Positions 17,473 through 24,615 of a stretch of DNA of 39,033 bases are shown piece after piece. Position 1 is the first letter of the stretch. The number at the start of each line of letters is the position of its first letter. The position numbers and the translations under genes were made by a program. The stretch spans positions 16,454 to 55,486 of the forward strand of contig LFTN01000135.1 in NCBI GenBank assembly GCA_001513495.1, given 5' to 3'. Under the pieces are notes generated by a model. The model was not told where the DNA came from. It searched no databases and saw only the letters and a list, made by a program, of their open reading frames with translations. Origin of the DNA: Clostridiales bacterium DTU087 (GTDB taxonomy: Bacteria; Bacillota; Limnochordia; DTU087).

Positions 17473-18856
17473 GCAGCTGGATGACCGGGAGGGTAAAGTC
17501 CCATTTGTACCCATGGATCTCGATGCCGAGCGGCGGGTACTGGGCATCCTGATCAAATACCCAGATAAAATTGATTTGGTCATAGATAAGCTGAAGGCCG
17601 CCCACTTCTACGATCGGGTTCACCGGATGATCTTTCAGGTCATCTTGGAGCTGTACCAGTCTAAAGGCAGGATCTCGTATACGCAGGTATATGCCAGGCT
17701 GCGGAAGGAGCAAGAGATTGATACCTTAGAAGAGGTATTGGTGGGGATTACCGAGTCCTTTGCCAGCCAAGCAGAACTGGATCCCAGTGTGGAAGTGCTG
17801 CTGGAAAAGGATGCCAAGCGCCAGATTCTCAACGCTGCCCAGAAGATCGAACAGATGGTCCTTCTGGAAACGGAGGACAGTATCGAGGGCTATCAGGCTA
17901 GGGCCCAAGAACTGATATTTGCTGCCACCAATGCTGCAGCCAGTCCCGAGGATGATGCCAAGGACCTCTTGGAGGTCCTAAATAAGTGCTATGTCAATCT
18001 GCTGCAGAGGCGGGAAGGTAAGTCTACCCACGGATTGTCAGTGCGCTATCCGTCCATCGATGCCTTTACAACCGGCTTTAAGAAAAAGGACCTGATTATC
18101 TTAGCAGCCCGTCCCAGCATGGGGAAGACTTCCTTGGCCCTGAACTTCGCGGTAAATGTGGCCAAGCGCAATATACCGGTGCTCATCTTCAGTCTGGAGA
18201 TGGATGATGAGCAGATCGGGGATCGGTTGGTTCTCAGCGAGTTGTTCCGTACCAGGGGCAGGGGGCCGGAAGAGGTTACAGCCTTTGATTATGCAACTAA
18301 GATGACCGATACCCAATTTGCTGTAACCCAATCCATCTTTAACGATCTCTACAAACTGCCCATTCAAATCGTTGACAGGCGGGGCCTGACAGTAGCAGAG
18401 ATCAGGGCTAAAGCCAGGAAAGCGAAGGCAGAACAGCCGGACCTGGGATTGATCATTGTGGACTATCTGCAGTTGATCAAACCTCCAGCAGATACCAGGA
18501 AGAACTGGTCACTGGTGGTAGGTGACATTGTCAGGGAGCTGAGGGATCTCGCAGGCGAGCTGGATCTGCCTCTCATCCTCCTATCCCAGCTGAATCGGGG
18601 GGTAGAGAGCCGGGAGGATAAACGGCCCATGATGTCGGATCTCAGGGACAGCGGCAACATCGAGGAGTTTGCCGACGTGATTATGTTCTTGTACAGGGAG
18701 GATTACTACTACCCTGAACAAGCTGCTGAGAAGGGGCTGGAAGGCGCCACTGAAGTGATCTTCGCTAAACAGCGAAAAGGGCCCACCGGCAAAGTCAAGC
18801 TGCGTTACCTTAAGGAATACACTCGCTTCATCGAGGAAAGCCTTCGGGAGGAATAA
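17456..18856 (+). CDS. dnaB: Replicative DNA helicase (DnaB family), divergent
   Basis: H1 AARPSMGKT, H1a FSLEM, H2 IIVDYLQL, H3 LSQLNRGVESR, H4 DLRDSGNIE, AKQRKGPTG; N-terminal DnaB domain. Confidence 0.93.
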   Translation: MSIAAKQLDDREGKVPFVPMDLDAERRVLGILIKYPDKIDLVIDKLKAAHFYDRVHRMIFQVILELYQSKGRISYTQVYARLRKEQEIDTLEEVLVGITESFASQAELDPSVEVLLEKDAKRQILNAAQKIEQMVLLETEDSIEGYQARAQELIFAATNAAASPEDDAKDLLEVLNKCYVNLLQRREGKSTHGLSVRYPSIDAFTTGFKKKDLIILAARPSMGKTSLALNFAVNVAKRNIPVLIFSLEMDDEQIGDRLVLSELFRTRGRGPEEVTAFDYATKMTDTQFAVTQSIFNDLYKLPIQIVDRRGLTVAEIRAKARKAKAEQPDLGLIIVDYLQLIKPPADTRKNWSLVVGDIVRELRDLAGELDLPLILLSQLNRGVESREDKRPMMSDLRDSGNIEEFADVIMFLYREDYYYPEQAAEKGLEGATEVIFAKQRKGPTGKVKLRYLKEYTRFIEESLREE

Positions 18857-18867
18857 CAGGCAGGAGT

Positions 18868-19089
18868 ATGGATATGGAGCTGTTCGAAGAACTGGAGCGG
18901 ATCAAGATTCGCTTTGTGGCGGCATATGACAAGCTGGTGAAACAAGGGGTTATATCAGAAAGGGATTACCAAGAGATTCTTGAAATTATCGATGATCTAG
19001 ACAGCTACAGCCTGGAGGAGCTGCAGGAGCGCCTGGGGCGTTTCCGCCAAGTGCTGCCTCTCCAGGATGAAGGACTTACAGAGGAGTAA
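18868..19089 (+). CDS. Small acidic helical hypothetical protein
   Basis: 73-aa ORF 11 nt after the dnaB stop, AGGAG RBS, Glu/Asp/Leu-rich. Confidence 0.7.
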   Translation: MDMELFEELERIKIRFVAAYDKLVKQGVISERDYQEILEIIDDLDSYSLEELQERLGRFRQVLPLQDEGLTEE

Positions 19090-19145
19090 AGGCCTGACCG
19101 GCTGAAAACTCACTTTGAAGCCCAATTAGACTGGAGGTTTGTGCT

Positions 19146-20159
19146 TTGGGATTGGTTCCGGCAGCCCGGCCCCAGAAGCGCCGCCTATGGCCTTATTTGA
19201 TTGCGGCGGTGGTGCTTCTTGGTTTAGGTGTATATCTGACAGCAGCAAAGACAGTAACCATCATTGTAGATAACGAAGTACAGCAAGTGGTGACAACTTG
19301 GACCGGCAGCGTAGATGATGTTCTCGCCAAGGCTGGTGTTGCCCTGCTGCCTGAGGACCGTGTAGAACCGGCTGTCAATGAGCGGGTAACCCGGGGCATG
19401 GAGATTCGCATCACCCGGAGCTTCCCGGTTACCCTAGTGGTAGGCGGTTCCGAGAAGACAGCGCGGTTCATCGGCGGCTCTGTAAAGGACCTTCTGGAGC
19501 AGCAGGGTGTAGAGCTGGGGGAGATGGATCGGGTTATTCCTGATCTGACACAGGAAGTGGCTAGCTCGCAAACCGTGGAGGTTATCAGAGTCACTGTGGA
19601 ACAGATAACCGTGGAGGAAGACCTTCCCTATGCAAGTAGGGAGTGGGCAGAGCCCACGTTGGAGAAGGGCAAAACCAAGGTTGTGCAGCAAGGCCAATTA
19701 GGTGTCCAGGAAAAGGTCTATGAAGTGACCTGCGAAAACGGCCGGGAAGTAAACCGGGAACTGCTCCTGACCCGGGTAGTAAGAGAGCCTAAAGACGAGA
19801 TAATAGGAATAGGGACCAGGGAGCCGTCAAAAAGCGTCATCACCACCTCCCGGGGGCCGATCCAGTACAAAGAAGTGAAGGAAATGGTTGCCACGGCGTA
19901 TTATCCTGGGCCGGAGAGTACCGGCAAGTGGGCAGATGGGATCACTGCCACAGGGGTGAAGGCGGGTTATGGAATTGCAGCCGTAGACCCCAAAGTCATA
20001 CCTTTGGGAAGCCGCCTGTACGTCCCGGGCTACGGGCACGCTTTAGCCGCTGATGTGGGCGGGGCTATTAAGGGGAATCGCATTGATTTGTGCTTTGACA
20101 CCTACAATGAGGCTATCCAATATGGGCGGCGGACGGTAAAGGTGTATATTTTGGAGTAG
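19146..20159 (+). CDS. yabE: YabE-like cell wall protein (DUF348 repeats, G5, 3D domain)
   Basis: N-terminal TM, ubiquitin-like repeats, G5 (VVQQGQLG), 3D domain ATAY...AVDPKVIPLGS...AADVGGAIKGNRIDL; upstream of rsmA. Confidence 0.88.
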   Translation: MGLVPAARPQKRRLWPYLIAAVVLLGLGVYLTAAKTVTIIVDNEVQQVVTTWTGSVDDVLAKAGVALLPEDRVEPAVNERVTRGMEIRITRSFPVTLVVGGSEKTARFIGGSVKDLLEQQGVELGEMDRVIPDLTQEVASSQTVEVIRVTVEQITVEEDLPYASREWAEPTLEKGKTKVVQQGQLGVQEKVYEVTCENGREVNRELLLTRVVREPKDEIIGIGTREPSKSVITTSRGPIQYKEVKEMVATAYYPGPESTGKWADGITATGVKAGYGIAAVDPKVIPLGSRLYVPGYGHALAADVGGAIKGNRIDLCFDTYNEAIQYGRRTVKVYILE

Positions 20160-20161
20160 AC

Positions 20162-20184
20162 GGGCAGGTTACCTGCCCCTTTTT
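20162..20184 (+). terminator. Rho-independent terminator after yabE
   Basis: GGGCAGG-TTA-CCTGCCC then CTTTTT. Confidence 0.7.
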
Positions 20185-20208
20185 GCATACAACGGGGGTT
20201 AGATTGTT

Positions 20209-21102
20209 TTGGAGCCAAATGCTGTAGATACTGCCTTGGCTGCGCCTACCGCGGTTCGCCGCCTGGCTGCCAAGCACGGGTTTACCTTCCGCAGATCCTT
20301 GGGACAGAACTTCTTGATCGATGGCAACATCTTGAGGAAAATCATCCAGTCGGCGGCAATCACCAAAGCAGATACAGTTATAGAAGTTGGTGCCGGTATT
20401 GGGACTCTCACCCGGGCTTTGGGGAGTACTGCCGGGCGGGTACTGTCACTGGAGGTTGATAGGCGGCTGGAGCCTATTCTCCAGGAGACCGTTGGCGATT
20501 ATGATAATGTGGAGATTATCTGGGAGGATGCCTTGAAGCTGGACTGGCCCAGCTTTTGGAAGCGCCAAGGGTTGTCCCGGGCGAAGTTCGTTGCCAATCT
20601 GCCGTACTACATTACATCGCCCCTCTTGCTCAACATCTTCTGTGAATGCCCTTTCCTGGAGAGCATCACGGTAATGGTGCAAAGGGAGGTAGGAGAGCGA
20701 TTTACTGCCCAGCCTGGAACCAAGACCTATGGAACACTTACTGTCTTGGCAGGCTACTATAGTGAAGTAGAGATCTGCCATATAGTGCCTCCCACGGTTT
20801 TCATGCCTCCTCCAGATGTGGAATCTGCAGTAGTGAAGTTTACACTCCGGCCCTACGAATTGGAAGCCGTCGATCCGGAGTTGCTTTGGACAACTGTCAA
20901 GGCTGCCTTCAGCCAGAGGAGAAAAACCCTGGCCAATTCCCTTGCCTCAAGCCTCAAGCCTTCTCTTTCCAAGGCAGCAGTCAATGATATCCTGCAAGCT
21001 TGTGGTATTTCCCCTGAGCAGCGGGCAGAGACTTTAACTGTCGCGGATTTTGTTATACTGTCCAACCACTTGGCTGCCGTGCTTCCCAGGGAGGGACGCT
21101 GA
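20209..21102 (+). CDS. rsmA: 16S rRNA adenine dimethyltransferase RsmA/KsgA
   Basis: LGQNFLID, IEVGAGIGTLT, VANLPYYITSP, FSQRRKTL. Confidence 0.96.
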   Translation: MEPNAVDTALAAPTAVRRLAAKHGFTFRRSLGQNFLIDGNILRKIIQSAAITKADTVIEVGAGIGTLTRALGSTAGRVLSLEVDRRLEPILQETVGDYDNVEIIWEDALKLDWPSFWKRQGLSRAKFVANLPYYITSPLLLNIFCECPFLESITVMVQREVGERFTAQPGTKTYGTLTVLAGYYSEVEICHIVPPTVFMPPPDVESAVVKFTLRPYELEAVDPELLWTTVKAAFSQRRKTLANSLASSLKPSLSKAAVNDILQACGISPEQRAETLTVADFVILSNHLAAVLPREGR

Positions 21103-21134
21103 CTTGGGGAGGCAGAAGTTGCCGGCAGGCATCG

Positions 21135-21163
21135 ACAGGTAATGGGCGGTGGTTTGCAGAATA
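21135..21163 (+). promoter_or_regulatory. Putative sigmaH promoter upstream of the YkuK gene
   Basis: ACAGGT, 18 bp, GAAT (GCAGAATA). Confidence 0.4.
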
Positions 21164-21185
21164 TCTTCTTTATTGGGGTGAGTGT

Positions 21186-21662
21186 ATGGAATACCTTATT
21201 AGTCCTTCCAAAGGCCGCCTCTCCTTTGAGGATGCTTTTCAAGATATCATCCTTTTTATAGAAGAGCAGCCTGATGCAGAGTACAAGCTGATCATCGGTA
21301 CTGATTCCCAGTACTCCCAGGACAGCACCTGCTTTGTCACTGCCATTATTGTACACCGGCTGGGCAAGGGTGCCAGGTATTACTATACCCGGGAATGTGA
21401 ATTTGTCGGCAAGTCACTGCGCCAGCGGATTTTCTACGAGACATCCCGCAGCCTTGCCCTGGCTAGCCGTGTAGCAGAGAAACTGGCGGAAAACGGCCAC
21501 GCCGACCTTAATGTGGAGATCCATCTAGATGTAGGTGTCAACGGCAGAACCAAGGAACTCATCCGGGATGTCACCGGCATGGTCATCGGCAGCGGCTTTG
21601 ATGCCCGGATCAAGCCCGACTCCTACGGAGCCTCTAAGGTCGCCGACAAGTTCACCAAGTAA
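21186..21662 (+). CDS. Ribonuclease H-like YkuK family protein (DUF458)
   Basis: IIGTDSQ, FVTAIIVHRLGKG, LRQRIFYET, EIHLDVG, IKPDSYGASKVAD. Confidence 0.85.
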   Translation: MEYLISPSKGRLSFEDAFQDIILFIEEQPDAEYKLIIGTDSQYSQDSTCFVTAIIVHRLGKGARYYYTRECEFVGKSLRQRIFYETSRSLALASRVAEKLAENGHADLNVEIHLDVGVNGRTKELIRDVTGMVIGSGFDARIKPDSYGASKVADKFTK

Positions 21663-21788
21663 GGACCCCCGTATAGAGCTTCTGATTGTTCCTGTCGATT
21701 TCCCTACTGTCTTTCTCCCCATGCCATGACCCAGTTCTGCTTTGCCCCCTTGTGCCTGTTAACCTTTCCCGATCCACATCTGCCCTCA

Positions 21789-21816
21789 GCACATCTGTTT
21801 CCAACTCTCATAGAAT
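21789..21816 (+). promoter_or_regulatory. Putative sigmaK-type (mother cell) promoter of the amidase gene
   Basis: GCACA with AC at 21791-21792, 16 bp, CATAGAAT (21809-21816). Confidence 0.45.
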
Positions 21817-21887
21817 GATTCAGGACTCAATGCCCTGTTTAGCCGATCCTAGCCCACGACGATGCAGGTCTTGCGGGAGGCCGGATA

Positions 21888-22799
21888 ATGATGTGCAGGA
21901 GAATTGTGATTAACGGACGGGTCTGGGAAGGCGACGCCTCCTGGAGATGGGTAGATGAAGTGCTGCTGCTTCCCCTTCAGGCCGCAGTAGAACGGCTGGG
22001 GGCAAGCCGGCGCTGGGCTATCTATCCCCAGCAGCTGGAGATAGAAAAGGATGGAAAGACCTTAACCCTAGAGATTGGTGCTGCAGCTGCCTGGCTGCAG
22101 GATGAGAGAATATCGCTGGATTGCCCCGTGTATTTGGATAATAACGCAGTGATGGTGCCGGTTTCCCTTCTTTGCCGCTTCTTTAAATTGTCCTGGGCAC
22201 TTGTGGAGGATGCGGGTGCCGCAGTCTTGAGCAGAGCTGAACCGGCCCTTATTGGAAAAACTGTACTGCTAGACCCCGGCCATGGAGGAGAGGATCCGGG
22301 GATTATCAGCGGCGATCTGATTGAAGCCGAGTTCACGTGGGATGTTGCTTGGCGCCTCGGTAGCCTTCTGAGGCTGAGCGGAGCTGCGGCAGCCTTTACG
22401 AGGCAGCGGGAGGAGACGGCTTCTCTCATCCAGAGGACGGCGGCAGCTGAGACGGCAAAGCCGGACCTCTTGATCAGCATTCACTGCAACAGCTTTATCC
22501 ATCCCGGCCGCAACGGCCTAGAAACCTACTGGTACAGCAGCTGGCCGGCCCGGCAGCTGGCCGAATACATTCATAGGGAGACTATTGAGGAGGTGGAGAT
22601 TCCCGACCGGGGAGTAAAGGAATCAGCCTTTTACGTCTTGCGTCATGCGCCGACAGTATCCGTGTTGGTGAAGTTGGGATTCGCCACAGGAGATAGGGAT
22701 GGACACATCCTAATGGACAGATGGCTGCGAGAAAGGGCGGCTTTGGGCATATTCAGGGGAATCCGGGCATTTATGGAAGCAGGAGCTATTCAAATGTAA
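21888..22799 (+). CDS. N-acetylmuramoyl-L-alanine amidase family 3 protein with N-terminal copper amine oxidase-like (stalk) domain; catalytic Glu replaced by Lys
   Basis: LLDPGHGGEDPG, LIEAE, LISIHCNS, FYVLR, SVLVKLGF; GGGAGG RBS. Confidence 0.85.
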   Translation: MMCRRIVINGRVWEGDASWRWVDEVLLLPLQAAVERLGASRRWAIYPQQLEIEKDGKTLTLEIGAAAAWLQDERISLDCPVYLDNNAVMVPVSLLCRFFKLSWALVEDAGAAVLSRAEPALIGKTVLLDPGHGGEDPGIISGDLIEAEFTWDVAWRLGSLLRLSGAAAAFTRQREETASLIQRTAAAETAKPDLLISIHCNSFIHPGRNGLETYWYSSWPARQLAEYIHRETIEEVEIPDRGVKESAFYVLRHAPTVSVLVKLGFATGDRDGHILMDRWLRERAALGIFRGIRAFMEAGAIQM

Positions 22800-22830
22800 A
22801 AATCTTGTTGCAAAGGGCCGATGACACTCC

Positions 22831-22860
22831 TTGACAGGGCAAGGAGGGCGCTGATATAAT
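22831..22860 (+). promoter_or_regulatory. sigmaA promoter P1 of veg
   Basis: TTGACA, 18 bp, TATAAT with extended -10 TG. Confidence 0.8.
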
Positions 22861-22870
22861 GATTGTTTAT

Positions 22871-22899
22871 TTGACTGGAAAACCGGGATGTGGTATAAT
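22871..22899 (+). promoter_or_regulatory. sigmaA promoter P2 of veg
   Basis: TTGACT, 17 bp, TATAAT with extended -10 TG. Confidence 0.8.
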
Positions 22900-22922
22900 T
22901 GCACTGACGAGAAAGAGGGAAG

Positions 22923-23195
22923 GTGATGCTCGTGCCAGCACAGAACGCCAGAAGTCTGGATGCCATTAAGAAAAGTCTGGAAGCCAATGTCGGCAAGAAG
23001 GTTAGACTGCGGGCGAATCGGGGACGTCGCAAAGTTATAGAGGCAGAGGGAGTGCTGGAGCAAACCTACCCCAAGCTTTTTGTGGTGAAGCTGGACAAAC
23101 CCAGTGCAATCAAACGCCTTTCATACACTTATGCTGACGTACTGACTGATACCGTACAGGTAACCATTGGCGACAAGCAGGTTGGCTCAGTTTAG
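22923..23195 (+). CDS. veg: Veg family protein
   Basis: IKKSLEANVGKKVRLRANRGRRK...GVLEQTYPKLF...SYTYADVLT; exact start uncertain (22923/22926/22932). Confidence 0.93.
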   Translation: MMLVPAQNARSLDAIKKSLEANVGKKVRLRANRGRRKVIEAEGVLEQTYPKLFVVKLDKPSAIKRLSYTYADVLTDTVQVTIGDKQVGSV

Positions 23196-23228
23196 CAGCC
23201 GGTCGGCCTAGATACTATCGTTGATACG

Positions 23229-23273
23229 AACCCCAGGTGGGTCCTTTATGAGGATTCACCTGGGGTTTTGTTT
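23229..23273 (+). terminator. Rho-independent terminator after veg
   Basis: Long stem AACCCCAGGTGGGTCCT / AGGATTCACCTGGGGTT followed by a T-rich tract. Confidence 0.85.
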
Positions 23274-23287
23274 ATCTTTGTTTGACT

Positions 23288-23317
23288 TCTAATTCGCCGC
23301 CGCGGCCGCATAAGAAT
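23288..23317 (+). promoter_or_regulatory. Putative sigmaE promoter
   Basis: TCTAATT, 14 bp, CATAAGAAT upstream of the GH18-like gene. Confidence 0.5.
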
Positions 23318-23343
23318 TAAGGGACTAAAGGAGGCAGCGGTCG

Positions 23344-24549
23344 ATGGGCCACCGGATTTGGCAGCCGGGGAAGCGGACAGTCTTGCGTTTGGGAAACAAA
23401 GGCCTGGCGGTCACTTGGCTGCAGGAACGGCTGAAATCCCTGGCATATGATGTGGAAGTCGATGGAATCTATGGATACCTCACCGAGGATTGTGTCTGCT
23501 CCCTGCAGCGGGAGTACGGCCTGAGAGTGGATGGCATAGCCGGCCCCCGAGTTCTTGAACTGCTCCAGGATAAGGATATTCAAGAAAACGCACCCAGCTG
23601 TCAGCTATGGGGTGCAGTACAGGGCGGGCAGTTCTGGCAGCAGCTTCAGCGCAAGCCCTATGAGGCTGTAGGCCAGAGGTTAACCGGCATGGTGCTGTAC
23701 TGTTTTGAGGTTGGGGAAGACGGCGATGTTATCGGAGAACTGCCGCAGGCGGCTCTCTCTAACCAGCAGCTAGCCAACGTCAAGCTAATACCTGTCCTTA
23801 GCAACTATGACTGCGGCCGGGGCCTTTATAATGAGCGTGCATTGGAGGCACTGCTGAAACGGCGAGATATGCTGCGCCGGTTCCAGGAACTAGTCAGGAG
23901 TCTATTGGCCAATGGGAGATTAGGTGGTATCGGGCTGGACCTGCAGGGGGTGGGAATGGGATATGCGCGGCGCTTTGCAGCTCTAGCTGCTAGGGTACGG
24001 AAACTGGCCGATGGCTGCGATAAGCGATTGTACATGGTTCTAGTACGGGCAGCCGTCAAGGGGGGCTTTCCCCGGGGCGTGGAAAGCTGGGTCTGGACGC
24101 TGCCGGACCGGATAATTCTCCAAGCTCCCCGGGAGCAGGCAGCTAGAGAGCCAGGCCCCAGGATGGGCTATCAGTGGCTGCAGGCAGGGCTTAAAGGTGT
24201 GTCTCGGCATTTGCCCGCCTGGAGGCTCTTAGTTGCCCTGCCGGGAAACGGTATAGCTTGGTATATCGGGAAGGATCAGGGATATCAATACCTTTCCTAT
24301 GATGAAGCCCGCAAACTCGCTTATCTGAAGCAAGCGGCTATCCGCTGGGACAACTTGGAGAAGGTCTCCTACTATGATTTTGCCGATGAGAAGGGACGCT
24401 GCCGTGTATGGTTCGACAACAAAGACAGCCTGAGGTGGAAACTTGATTGGCTGAAAGGTCAGCATGTGTCAGGCATCGTCATCACGCCGCTGGGCTGTGA
24501 GGACACCCGAATATGGGAAGAGCTGGGCAGGCAGCATTTACCAATCTAG
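23344..24549 (+). CDS. Peptidoglycan-binding domain plus degenerate GH18 (SleL/YdhD-like) spore protein
   Basis: N-terminal PG_binding_1 (WLQERL...VDGIYG...LRVDGIAG); GH18-like C-terminus VWFDNKDSLRWKL...LGCED; catalytic strand reads GIGLDLQ; AAAGGAGG RBS. Confidence 0.75.
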   Translation: MGHRIWQPGKRTVLRLGNKGLAVTWLQERLKSLAYDVEVDGIYGYLTEDCVCSLQREYGLRVDGIAGPRVLELLQDKDIQENAPSCQLWGAVQGGQFWQQLQRKPYEAVGQRLTGMVLYCFEVGEDGDVIGELPQAALSNQQLANVKLIPVLSNYDCGRGLYNERALEALLKRRDMLRRFQELVRSLLANGRLGGIGLDLQGVGMGYARRFAALAARVRKLADGCDKRLYMVLVRAAVKGGFPRGVESWVWTLPDRIILQAPREQAAREPGPRMGYQWLQAGLKGVSRHLPAWRLLVALPGNGIAWYIGKDQGYQYLSYDEARKLAYLKQAAIRWDNLEKVSYYDFADEKGRCRVWFDNKDSLRWKLDWLKGQHVSGIVITPLGCEDTRIWEELGRQHLPI

Positions 24550-24573
24550 CCAGCAGCCGCCCAGCATATAAAT
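24545..24573 (+). promoter_or_regulatory. Putative sigmaE promoter of the SPOCS gene
   Basis: TCTA (24545-24548), 16 bp, CATATAAAT (24565-24573). Confidence 0.45.
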
Positions 24574-24615
24574 GACAGTGTTAAGCGTTTAAGGAATAGA
24601 GGGGGGAAAAGGTAG

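Noticed and set aside
16552-19089. Intact prophage or ICE around the DnaD-DnaB pair
   Set aside because: No integrase, repressor, structural genes or att-like repeats seen, and the flanks are housekeeping genes; kept only as a possible domesticated module
21663-21887. Small ORFs or an sRNA in the pyrimidine-rich gap before the amidase
   Set aside because: No RBS, implausible composition and no clear structure; best explained as promoter and 5' UTR
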